The position numbers and the translations under genes are program-made. Positions 1 to 11,018 of a stretch of DNA of 64,000 nucleotides are shown here, in pieces. Below the pieces are notes generated by a model that was given only the letters and a program-made list of their open reading frames with translations, did not search any database and had not been told where the DNA came from. Origin of the DNA: Camelus dromedarius (taxonomy: Eukaryota); NCBI RefSeq assembly GCF_036321535.1, contig NC_087437.1, positions 4,712,001-4,776,000 on the forward strand, given 5' to 3'. The first letter of the stretch is position 1, and every line of letters starts with the position of its first letter.

Positions 1-232
1 GGTGGGAATGTAAATTGATGTAGCCACTATGGAGACCAACATGGAGGTTCCTTAAAAAACTAAAAACAGTTACCATATGACCCAGCAATCCCACTCCTGG
101 GCATATATCTGGAGGAAACTCTAATTCAAAAAGACCACATGCACCCAGTGTTCACAGCAGCCCTGTTTACAATAGCCGAGACATGGAAGCAACCTAAGTG
201 TCCACCGACAGATGACTGGATAAAGAAGATGT

Positions 233-274
<42 letters not shown>

Positions 275-645
275 GGAATATTACTCAGCCATGAAAAAGA
301 ATGAAATAATGCCATTTGCAGCAACATGGATGGACCTGGAGATTATCATACCAAGTGAAGTAAGTCAGGCAGAGAAAGACAAATATTATATGATATCATT
401 TACATGTAGAATCTTAAAAAATGAGACAACTGAACTTATTTACAAAACAGAAACAGACTCAGAGACATAGAAAACAAACTTACTGTTACCAAAGAGGAAA
501 AGGGAGAGGGATAAATTAGGAATCTGGGATTAGCAGATACAGATTACTATATATAAGATAGATAAACAACAAGGTCCTACTGTATAGCATAGGGAACTAT
601 ATTCAATTTCTTGTAATAACCTATAATGGAAAAGAAAAAAAAAAG
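1..645 (+). mobile_element. L1 LINE 3' end (ORF2 C-terminus plus 3'UTR), in COLQ intron 1
   Basis: MEYYSAMKKNEIMPFAATWMDLE L1 3' signature; A-rich end. Confidence 0.9.
237..272 (+). repeat. (CA)18 microsatellite within L1
   Basis: Direct reading. Confidence 0.95.
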
Positions 646-649
646 CAAA

Positions 650-940
650 CCCTGGGCCCCACCCCAGACCCACTGGATCAGAAATTCCGGGGGTGGGCCA
701 GCAGTGTGTGTTTTTACAAACCTTCCAGGTGATTCTGGTGCTGGCTGCAATGGTTAACCAAGGCTAGACATTAGAATCCTGGAGAACCTTACACACTCCC
801 AGTGCCTGACCCCTTGCCCCAGAGATTCTGATGTCCTTGGTCTGTTCAGCTTAGACACTGGGCTCCTGTAAAGCATCCCAGAGGATTCTCGTGTGTCTCC
901 AGGGCAGAGAACCAGTGCTGTAGTTTGAGATCCACCAATC
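650..940. mobile_element. MER5-like DNA transposon fragments
   Basis: CTGGGCCCCACCCCAGA...CCAGGTGATTCTG motifs typical of MER5. Confidence 0.55.
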
Positions 941-1489
941 TAGAACATTAACTGTCCAACTAAGCTTTGCAGAGCTCGGGAATTCTGGGGAAATGCCCGA
1001 GACTGCTAAAGAAGGAGGCTGAGTCCAAACCAGCACGGCTTCCGGCCCCAGATGCCAAAAGCCACCTGTGTAGATCGGGCTAGACAGGCAGCGGTCACAA
1101 GGAAGGCAGCCCAGGCATAAGATGAGAGGGTGCAGACTTGGAGCCGCTCTGTTCCAAACAGTCGTTGTGGTATCAGGATGTGGGCCAGGACTGCCAGGTT
1201 GTCCTGCTTTTTAAGAGCTTTTGGGTTTTTAAGAGATATCAGAAATACTTTTTTTTAATGTCAAATCACTTGATTCTTAAATGTTAGCAACTAAGGCAAT
1301 TAAAAACTTTTTCTCTCTGTTTCTTCTTTTTTCAGCAACATGAAGGCTGACCTGGGCTCCCAGGCAGCTGGTTCTTGAGCTTTGGCTCCGCTGCAGGGGT
1401 CTTTTCACCCCTCTGGCCCACCCGGCTCTTCTCAGGGTGATGACAGGAAATCCACGTGGGCGAGATGCTTTCATCTGCTCACTGCTGCA

Positions 1490-1660
1490 TCCTGGTTCCA
1501 GGTACAGTGTTGGGACTTTGAGTGTTTGCTGAATGAATACATGCTCACAGCAATCCAGTGAGACTATTATACCCATTTTACAGATGAGGAAATTGGGACT
1601 TTTTACCGCAATTATGGTATAAGCTTTCCACAATCACACAGAGTCAGGATTCAAACCCAA
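1490..1660. mobile_element. L2 3' tail plus MIR fragment
   Basis: TTTGCTGAATGAAT followed by CCCATTTTACAGATGAGGAAA MIR core. Confidence 0.6.
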
Positions 1661-4600
1661 GACCCCTCACAGTAGGGACAACTGTGAAGAGGAAGTACCC
1701 TGTGGCTGTGAGAAAGCTCAGCAAACAAAATGAGAGGTTTAGGGACACTTGGTACCAGTGATACGAGTAGCAGTTAAGGCTTGAACTGTATTTCAAGAAG
1801 ATGGGTCGTCGACCTGCCTGATGACTCCTGGGAGTCAGAGGGGCTTCTGGACCCTCTGGAGCTGTGTGGTTTTTGCGTGGCTCTGGCAGTGATGATTATG
1901 GACCTGAGGAAAGCAGGCTGGGGTGTAGTGAATGACTGTGTCGGGGCCCGGCCTGGGTCTCTGAAGAGAGAGCCCCCCCGGCTCACACCCACCCCTCTCT
2001 GAGCTGGAGAGGAGTCTACTGTTTCATCCAGAGGCTCGGGAGGGGTGAAATCGGCCAGCCAGGACCCCTGGAGGGCCCTCTAATTTAAGAACCTTCTCTG
2101 ATTCTATTATCCAGAGGACATATCTGGAGCTAAATCGGAGGAGACGGCCGGGAAGTGCATTACGGAACATTAAACAAGAGCTGACCAGCATCAGACGCAA
2201 ATAAATAGCTCATCATCTACTGCTGAGAACAGGATTGGTTCCCAAGTGGTGGCCTGGCTGGCTTCCCACCGGGGGTTGCAGGGCTGGACATCAGGTCCTG
2301 CAGGCCGCATCCCAGCACCCACGGAGAAGACTCTGGCACCCAGACAAACTCACGAGCTCCCACACGATCTCGCTCTCCAGGACAGGGTTGGGTCTTCTTT
2401 CCACCTGGTCCTGAGCCCTGGACCCACACGTCCTCTGGAGAGTCCCTGCCTGCCTGAGAAATCCTGTGCTGGAAAAGGGAAGCCACACGTGTCTGTGGGT
2501 ATAGAGTCGCCTGGCTCACATCCCTAAAGAGAATGTCTGTGAAACAGTGTTCCCCTGACTCCAGGAAGCCTCATACCCCAAAATGCCCTGGTTGAAGCTC
2601 ACCTACTAGAGCATCCTGTAGCTTAGATCTTTGACTCCTGGTACAACACAAATATCTCCAAAGAAAGATAAGCGAGTACCCTGGCAAGTCATGCACACTT
2701 TAGTATAAAGTAATCATAGTCATTTGCTAAGAGCTTCGAGCACTGATATCCTGAGGAGAAGACAGGAGAGAATGGGGAAGAAAGAGCCTGCAATGGGTAT
2801 TCGGAGGCCAGGGTGTGGGACTTTAAAAGCTAAGATCACTCTTTATCCATGGCCATAAACTGATTTGGTCTACATTGGTAAAAGCCATGGACTTAGAGGG
2901 CAGGATTCCAGTCTCCAGCTCTCCCACACATCAGCTGTGTAATCTTGGGTGAGCCACTTAACCTCTCTGAGCCTTCATTTCTTCATCTGAAAAGTAGGAG
3001 TGAGGCTACACCCACACTGGGGTGCTGTGAGAATTACACAGCCTGGAGCGTGTGGAAGGACTGTCCTTCCATATGAATTACTGTCCTTGGGTCTGGGCCA
3101 AAGCATTCCAGACATTGTGTAGCTCCTGAGCCATGTCTGTGGATGGATGTGGAGCTGAGTCAACCCGCGGAGTGCAGTGAGCCCAGCCAGGGCCCGCCAA
3201 ACCCCGGCCAGACCAGCGGACCCTGAGTGACCCACAAACACGTGGAGTTCAATAACAAGTAACTGTCGTTAAGCCCCTGAGTATCAGGGTGGTTTATCAC
3301 CTGGCAATGGTTAAAACCATACACCAAAGTTAGGGCTCCTGACATTAACAAATTTAAGGCCACATTCAACAGAAATGAATAAATCTGACACCTGTCTGCC
3401 TTCTTAGGTGAAATAAAGTGAACATAATTCAGTCTGACTCGGTCCTTCGTGCTCGCTGTAGTGCAAACCAGTCAATATGCTATACATAAGTCGGAGATGC
3501 CCTCGGGGGGACGTACAGAACGGAGGCTCTGGAAAGAATTCCAATCCACTACCCTCTTAGATCGCAGAACTAGCCCCTGGTTCTGTACCGTTTTCCTGGT
3601 AATCTGTTTGACCAGCTGTCTTATCTTAGCCAGCGGCCCCGTCCGCAGTATGATGTGCTCCAGCTCAGTCACCACCCCCTAGAACCCCGCTTTCTCAGCC
3701 CGTCAGGACAATGTCCCAAGCGTACGTTCACAGGCTTGGAGGAACAGCCTGCACTGGTTTTCCGCATGTCGGATGCAGGTGCTTTAGTGCTGGGCTTTCT
3801 AGCACCAGTTCTGGCCCCTTTAATGCTTTCTGCTCCCTCCTGGTCCTCTCAGGGGCCCGGCAGTGGGGGCTGCCAGGTAACGACCATCTGCTCCGGGACA
3901 CCGCGCTGTGTCCAGCCTTGCTGGGATCCAGTCTTTCCCGAAGAGAGTGAAGGAAGGGACCAGCCTGTGGGCCCGGAGAGCTCTTCCTCCGTCAGGGCGG
4001 CCTCGGGGGCAGTCTGTTTGGACAGCGCGCGGCGGGCACTCACCAGGGGCACGTGGGCGGAACGAAAAGATTTCCTGGCGGCACTTTTGTCTGTGTGCAC
4101 AGGCCTTGTCTTCTTCAGAAGAGTAAGAACCTACAAGCTTCTGGACACAGACGACTTCACATCAAATTGTTGGAAAATATTTTCAAAGGATACAGTTCTC
4201 CAGTGTTAAGGGACAGTTCCGGCTCCAGGGCGTGTGTTTATTTCTGAGCTGTGCTATCAGGGAGGCTGGCGACTAGAGGAAGGGGACAGGGCAGAGGGAC
4301 TCCACACGACAAAGCAGATGTTCTGTGCTCTGTTGAGCTGACACCTTGGTGACTCCCGCCAGATCTACCCCACTGTTTTAGCAAATGTCTAAAGACCGCA
4401 TGCCCAACCAGATCTGGGTTTAGCAATTCCAGAGGAAGTGCCTGTGGATGGGTGGGCTGGCTCTTCTAAGTTCCCGCCCCTTCCCCCTTCATTCTGCCCC
4501 CACCCCGCCCAGGCTGACCCCCATGACTCCTGGCTTCGGGTTGGGTTTGGCCTATGGGAAGCACTGCCCATGGTGGTTGGGCTGGAGGAGAGAGTGGTTG

Positions 4601-5031
4601 GGTTATTTCTTCTGCACACTCTTTGCTTTGGGTCCCTCTGAGATCAGAGCACCCGCTCAGCGGCCCCTCCTCCAAGGTCCCAAATCTCCCGGGATCCACT
4701 TCCCCACTTTTCCCTCTTGTCTCCTCAAGCATAGAGGTGGTAACGGGTCCAAGGTGGCTAATTTCTCAACCTCTCTTCTTGTTTCCCTTAACCCCACCCG
4801 CACCTCAGAAATGATGCCTTCATTCAAGTCTTTTTTTGAACCCTCTGAGTTGCTTCTTTTTCCTGCTGTTACACTGATTGCTACAGTCTGCACCAAGTCT
4901 CACCCAAGAGAGGTCTAAGCTACGCCAGGGCGCTCTCGAGGGCAAGGAGTTCGAAGAAAATCAGAGGCCCTTTTCTCTCCAGCTTTCAAAACCCATTAGC
5001 CATGTTGGCTGTATCTAAATTAAGTGATACA

Positions 5032-5162
5032 GGGAACTATATTCAACAGCTTGTAATAACCTATGATGGAAAAAAGAATGTATATGTACGTATGTATAAC
5101 CTAATCACTATGCTGTACCCTAGATTGTAAATCAACTGCACTGCAATAAAAATAAATAAATT
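5032..5162 (+). mobile_element. Severely 5'-truncated L1 3' end
   Basis: L1 3'UTR GGGAACTATATTCAA...; TSD AATTAAGTGATACA at 5018-5031 and 5163-5176. Confidence 0.8.
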
Positions 5163-6615
5163 AATTAAGTGATACAAAATGATGGCAAACTCCAATCTAC
5201 AGAGAAGTTTTCAACCCTGCATTCACTCATCCATTCACCAAATATTTGGGGGGCACCGACCTTGTGCCAGGCACTGTTCTTCCCCTGGGAAAGCAGTGAC
5301 AATGTCCAAGACAGACGCGGTCCCTGCCCACAGGGTGCTTACAGTCTAATGCCGAGTACCTCCGTAAAGTCAGGCTGCCCACCGGGGCAGGGCTAGACCG
5401 AGACCCTGTTTCTCTCCATCCTGAGCCTTCAGCAGATTCTCAAAGGAATCCATGACCCAAACAAAGTTAAGAGCCACCAAGTTAGACCAAATTAAGTATC
5501 CGGCTTCCCCCCTCGAATAGAGGAATCATGACCCACTCACTCCCAGAAGAAGCTTGAAGCTCTCAACTGGATTTGAGTGGCACCAGCCCCTACCTTCCCC
5601 GCCCCCACGTTCCCCACAAATCCCCTCCCCTCTTCCAGCCCCCCCTTTCCCTGCCCTTCTCCCTCAGACCACAAGTGTGGGCAGGGCAACATGTCAGGGG
5701 GCTGTTCTATGAATGGAGAGGGTTGGGGCCTGGGTTCACGGCTCTGCCCTCCCTCCCGGACAGCCTGAGCTTTCAGAAAAGGTGGCAAGAGTGAAATTTC
5801 TGTCTCATTTACAGTATTTCTGAGATTCGTTTTTCTGGGGAGAGCCAAGGGGGGGCTGAGGCAAATTGAGGGCGGCAGTGAGGAGACAGGAGGCAAAGCC
5901 TGGGGTCTGCCTTTCTCCCTCAAGCCCTCAGGAAGCATCTGAGTCTCCTCAGAAAGGTTTAGACAAGCCAGGCTAGTAACCCAATACTTCCCCTGCCCGG
6001 GGTGGGTCGGGACAAGGGCAGTCGCCCTGGAAAAGACTGCCAGGCGGGGCGGAAAGAGCCCCCTGCGCTGCCCCCAGCTCCAGGCCTGACTCTGCTCAGC
6101 AGCCCCCTCCCCTCTCCCCAGCAAGCCCCCTTCTCCTTTCCCATCTGAGGCTGAAGCGAAGCCCACCCCAGGGAGAAAGCACAGCAGGGAGCAGAGGGGA
6201 CCTGGTCCTGAGGCTGCAGCAGGGGGAGGGGGGTTGGTGCCGTGCCTCAGGGGCACGTAGGTGACTGCTCCCTGCAGAGCATCCCTGTGAGCCGAGCCCC
6301 CAAGGGGTCAGGGCTGTATTTACAGAAACGTCTGGACTCACTGCCCTCTGACATGCATTCCCCTCTGTCTCCACTGCCCCCAGTTCCCAACCAAAATGCA
6401 ACCAGGCAGCAAGTGGGGAGAAGACACAAGTCAGTAAAGGGTCTCTGGCTTTGATGAGCAGGAGGCTGCCCGGTGGCCGGCTCCCCCCCCCCACCCCCCG
6501 GCCTCCCTCCAACAAGACTGGGAAGGGAAAAACATCAGGACGTGCTGGGAACAGTCCGCCCTCCTCCCCTCCCGCCCTGACCGGCAGAACAAGGGGGGTC
6601 GTGGTCGTCCTTTAC

Positions 6616-6721
6616 CTGCTGGAATGGGGAGCACGCTGTTGATGAAGGTGGGCTGGGACACGATGAGGCGGAAGAAAAGCTGAAGATAAATCCCCCGAGC
6701 CACCGGGCTCAGGACAACCAT
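6616..6721 (-). CDS. COLQ: COLQ (collagenic tail of endplate acetylcholinesterase) coding exon 1, signal peptide; gene continues past the left edge
   Basis: Translates [35 protein letters not shown], close to human COLQ N-terminus [35 protein letters not shown]; 106 nt ending at donor CAG|GTAAAG; lies next to HACL1 as in other mammals. Confidence 0.95.
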
Positions 6722-7479
6722 GCTGGCTGCTGCGGGCTGCAAAGTGTCAAGTTCTCCCAGCAGGGCTGCGAGGAGCCTCCCTTATCTCTGCCCCGTCTTC
6801 CTCGCGCTGTGTGCCTCCCTCTCTCCCCCCTCTTCCCTCCCTCCCTCCCCGCCTCCCTCCCCCATGCCTTTACCAAGAAAGAATGCCAACCATTTCCCAC
6901 TAAACCTGCCCCGTACTACACAGGGTTATATTTATCTTAAGCACTGGACCAAATGCCCACATTAAAATTAAGATGTCCAATTTTTTTTTTTTGAGACTGA
7001 AGTGACCATTGAAGAGGTGATTAAAAAAAAAGGCAGCCAAATCTCAAATGTCCACCAGAAGCAGTCCTAGTGGGTTCTCCACCCGTGCCTACCCACTTCC
7101 AACTGAGGTGTTCAAATTCCCTGGATTCAAAGTGCATTTCCGTGGAGACAAATCCTTCTGCTGTCAGTCTGTGACACTTTTACCCACCAGGTGACAAATG
7201 TAAAGTTGCCCCCGGATTTTTTTTTTTTTTCCTTTAATCATCCAGTAAAAAGCAAGGATGACGGTGGGGAAGAGTTTCTGTTTTTCAAAACATCTTTCTC
7301 CAAAAAAAAGTGGTTAATCTCTCTCCAGAAGCCGTAACCTTTTATCCCACATGCAAAGCAAAATAAATGGAAAGATTTAATGGATTGGAAAGTGATTATT
7401 GATCAAACTACATCTGGGAAATAACATCATTGACTTGACCTTTGGCTAGACGAAATTCTTCAAACAAAAAGATATTCTT

Positions 7480-7603
7480 CGGGAGGGTACAGCTCAGTGA
7501 TAGAGCACGTGTTTAGCACGCACGAGGTCCTGGGTTCAATCCCCAGCATCTCCATTTAAAGAAACAAACAAACAAAGACAAGGAAAACAAAACTTCAAAA
7601 CAA
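7480..7603 (+). mobile_element. tRNA-Ala-derived SINE (camelid vic-1 type)
   Basis: A box AGCTCAGTGATAGAG, B box GGTTCAATCC, A-rich tail, TSD AAAAAGATATTCTT at 7466-7479 and 7604-7617. Confidence 0.85.
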
Positions 7604-8027
7604 AAAAAGATATTCTTAAATGAATGACTACCTCTTGTAAGCTTTTAAAGCCTGTTATGGAGATCCTTAGATTACTAAAATAATTAACATAATAATCCAC
7701 AGAGTTGTCCATTTTGCTTTAATTTGTGTAACATACACCCAGCACTCATGGGAGATAATTCAGGAACGAGGTGGTAGGCCTGGACTCAGGTCCAGCAGCT
7801 GGTCCTCATTCTCGGGGAAGGTGGGGCTGGGTGACAAAAGAGGATGAAGGGACACCCACAGGTCCAACACCAGAGGGGCTGCATTCAAGCTCTGTGGTGA
7901 CCGTGACAAACTGTTCGACTTCTCCAAGCCTCAGTTTTCTCATACAATGGAGGCATTTCCCTTTAAAGGTTTGTCGGAAAGCTGCAATGAGGCAACATGT
8001 GATGAATCACACATGAATTGAAATCTG

Positions 8028-8572
8028 TGTACAGAGATGCAGAAATGAGACCCGGGAGCCATGGCCCCCAACATCTCCCCAGCCTGTGTGCGCGCCACCC
8101 TTCCAAGCAAGAAGGGGTCTGTTTTCCCTCCCATCAAGTCTGGGCTGGCCTTGTGACAAGCTTTGACCAACAGGATGCAGTGAGGTGACACTGTACCACT
8201 TCTAGACCTAGACCTTAACCAGCTGGCAGCTTCTGCTTTTGCCTTCTCTTGGAAACAAGTCTCCACGTTACAAAGTCTGGATGATTGAACAGGCCACAGG
8301 TGGGGAAAGCAGCCAGCCCTGGCTGTCTGGCCATCTCAGAGGAGGCCCTGCACATGAGAATGAGGCCACTTTGGATCACCCAGCCTCATTCAGGTCTCCA
8401 GATGACAGCCACAGAAGTGAGCCCAGGTGACACCAGCTGAAGAACCACCCAGATGAACCAGCCCAAATTGCAGATTCGTGAACAAATTAGATGGCTGCTG
8501 TTTTTGCCTGCAGTGTCCTGAGGCCACTAGGTTTTAAGATGATTTGTTATGCAGCAACAGCTAACTGATACA
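8028..8572 (+). mobile_element. MLT1 (MaLR) LTR; start approximate
   Basis: Ends GTTATGCAGCAACAGCTAACTGATACA, the typical MLT1 3' terminus. Confidence 0.7.
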
Positions 8573-10097
8573 GGATTTATAAGAAAAGCATGAAGAATAC
8601 ATGTGAGCTACATACAAATCAACAGGACAGCTTAGAGAGGGGATACCCCACATCACTGTTCCCAAAATGTTTAGCAGAAGGATCCGTGATTGTTGGCCAA
8701 GCCTAACCAGGAAATTCTCAGGCTTCTTCTTGTTCACTCTGGAAACCTCCAGCACTGGCACTGGGCTCTGGGAAGCCTAGAGAAGGTGCAGTCTATGTAG
8801 GGGAAGATGACCCTCGAGGAACTTGGTGTCAGATTCTAAACTTTCACTGTCCCTGAGAAACCAGAGGTATCTCTTCCTTCCTTCAGCAGACGGACTCCAT
8901 CACTGACTGTGCAGTTGGCACAGACGATGTCACTAAGTCCTGCCTGTGACACCTGCTGCTGTTGTTTTTGAGCTGCTTCTAAACCACCTTCTGTTGCTAT
9001 TTAATCTGTGTTAATGTCCCTGAAGATGGAGGCATATCCCAGAGCTCTGTGCATCCCCACTGCCCCCAGGACCACCCTTGTCAACTAACACATCCTCAAC
9101 AATGTCAGTTAATTTGATCCAATCACACCTTTGTAGGATTGAAAGAAAAGAAAGTGGCAAAAGTGACATAACTTTATGCCCCAGCCATACTGAGCAACAG
9201 GCACTTCCTAGCAGCCTTTGCACATGCAGCCAGCTGGCCAGGGCCTGGCACCAGGGAGGGCTGGGTGAGGGTGGTCCACGTGGACAATGGCCTGTATGAT
9301 GGAGGCTGAATGTACACATTCAGGCCTCTGGGGATTGAGTCATCGCTGATGTAGAGTTAACACAGGAACCTCTCCCCTCTAGGGAGGCCCCAGCACACAG
9401 GTATTCATAAGCCCTCAATATTTATTAAACAGTTTCTTGTAAATTTCCATTCCCCATGGACCATGTATTTTATGAGCCTATTTCTTATGAGGTGACCCTA
9501 AATGACCGAGGCAGAAATTATCATCTCTCTTCAAACCCTCCTGGAACAGCTCTAAATCTTTCAGAATCTAATAACACAGGCTATTAGATTTTTCCAGAAG
9601 GAAATTATTTGAGATCTGTGAAAGGCTTACACCGATAAAGATAAAGTTAGAGCCATCCCTCCCAGGCCTTGTAAGTGGGGGGTGTATCCTGAAAAACAAT
9701 CTGGGGTACCCAGCAGCACTGTGCTATTTTACGCAGAGTCCACAGAAATACTCACTCGACTGCCCAGAGGTTTACATGCAAGGATATATATTTACATGCA
9801 ATATATATTTCATCATAGCCTCAGATCTGAAACAGCCTAACTTTCACTCCATTAGATGAAACATTATACAGTCATTACAAAGAATAAGATATATAGTCAC
9901 TGCAATGAATGATGCTGGAAGGTTAGTCTTCCATGTGCAAAACAAGCAAAAATGAACCTTAACCCTTACACTGCCCCCTACATAGAAATTAGCTCAAAGT
10001 AGATCATAGACCTAAATGTAAGAGCTAAAACTATTAAACTTCTAGAAGAAAACAGGAGAAAATCTTAATGACCTTGGGTTAGGCAAAAATGTCTCTT

Positions 10098-10671
10098 TTG
10101 AAGACACATGTACCCCAGTGTTCACAGCAGCACTATTTACAATAGCCAAGACATGGAAGCAACCTAAATGTACATCAACGGATGTCTGGATAAAGAAGAT
10201 GTGGTATATTTATACAATGGAATACTACTCTGCAATAAAAAAGAATAAAATAATGCCATTTACAGCAACATGGATAGACCTGGAGATTATCATACTAAGT
10301 GAAGTAAATCAAAAAGAGAAAGACAAAAATCACAAGATATCACTTATATGTGGAATCTAAGAGACAAATGGACTTATTTACAGAAGAGAAACAGACTCAC
10401 ATAGAAAACAAACTTATGGTTACCAAAGGGGAAAGGTGGGAAGAGATAAATTAAGAGTCTGGGATTAGCAGACACTAACTGCTATACATAAAACGGATAA
10501 AATAATAAGGTCCTACTATATAGCCCAGGGAACTATATTCAATACCCTGTAATAAACTATAATGGGAAAATCTGAAAAAGAATATATATATGAATATATA
10601 TATATGAATCACTTTGCTGTACACCAGAAATTAACACAACATTGTAAATCGACTCTACTTTAATAAAAAAT
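10098..10671 (+). mobile_element. Younger L1 3' end nested in the old L1
   Basis: [21 protein letters not shown]2 tail; TSD AAAAATGTCTCTT at 10085-10097 and 10672-10684. Confidence 0.9.
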
Positions 10672-10699
10672 AAAAATGTCTCTTCTTATATGAAAAAAA

Positions 10700-11018
10700 T
10701 TTAATAAAAATTATATATATTTAAGGTCTGCAACATGATTTTTTGATGTACATATACATTGTGAAATGATTACTGCAGTGAAGCTAATTAACATTTTCAT
10801 TGCCTCATATGGTTATTTTTTTCCAATGCGAACACTTAAGAAGTATTCTCTCAGGAAATTTCAAGTATACAACACAGTATTATCAACTACAGTCACCATG
10901 CTGTACATTAGCTCTCTAGAACTTATTCATCTTCGGTATCCAAAACTTTGTACACTTTGATCAACATCTCCCCATCACCTTACGCCTGGTAACCATCATT
11001 TTATTCTCTGCTTCTATG
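10700..11018 (-). mobile_element. L1MA-type 3' end, reverse orientation, nested
   Basis: TACATTGTGAAATGATTAC...GTCACCATGCTGTACATTAG reverse L1MA 3'UTR. Confidence 0.7.

Noticed and set aside
3655..4209. 184-aa plus-strand ORF
   Set aside because: Antisense to COLQ intron, non-ATG start, no recognisable motif
685..4225. N-box (CCGGAA/TTCCGG) hexamers in COLQ intron 1
   Set aside because: A 6-mer is expected by chance and one lies in a repeat; no conservation data available
5537..6256. 239-aa ORF in COLQ intron 1
   Set aside because: Low-complexity P/G/L-rich translation of GC-rich intron; no homology recognised
7480..7555. Possible functional tRNA-Ala gene (also 19474 and 29290)
   Set aside because: A-rich tails, TSDs and stem mismatches identify these as SINE copies
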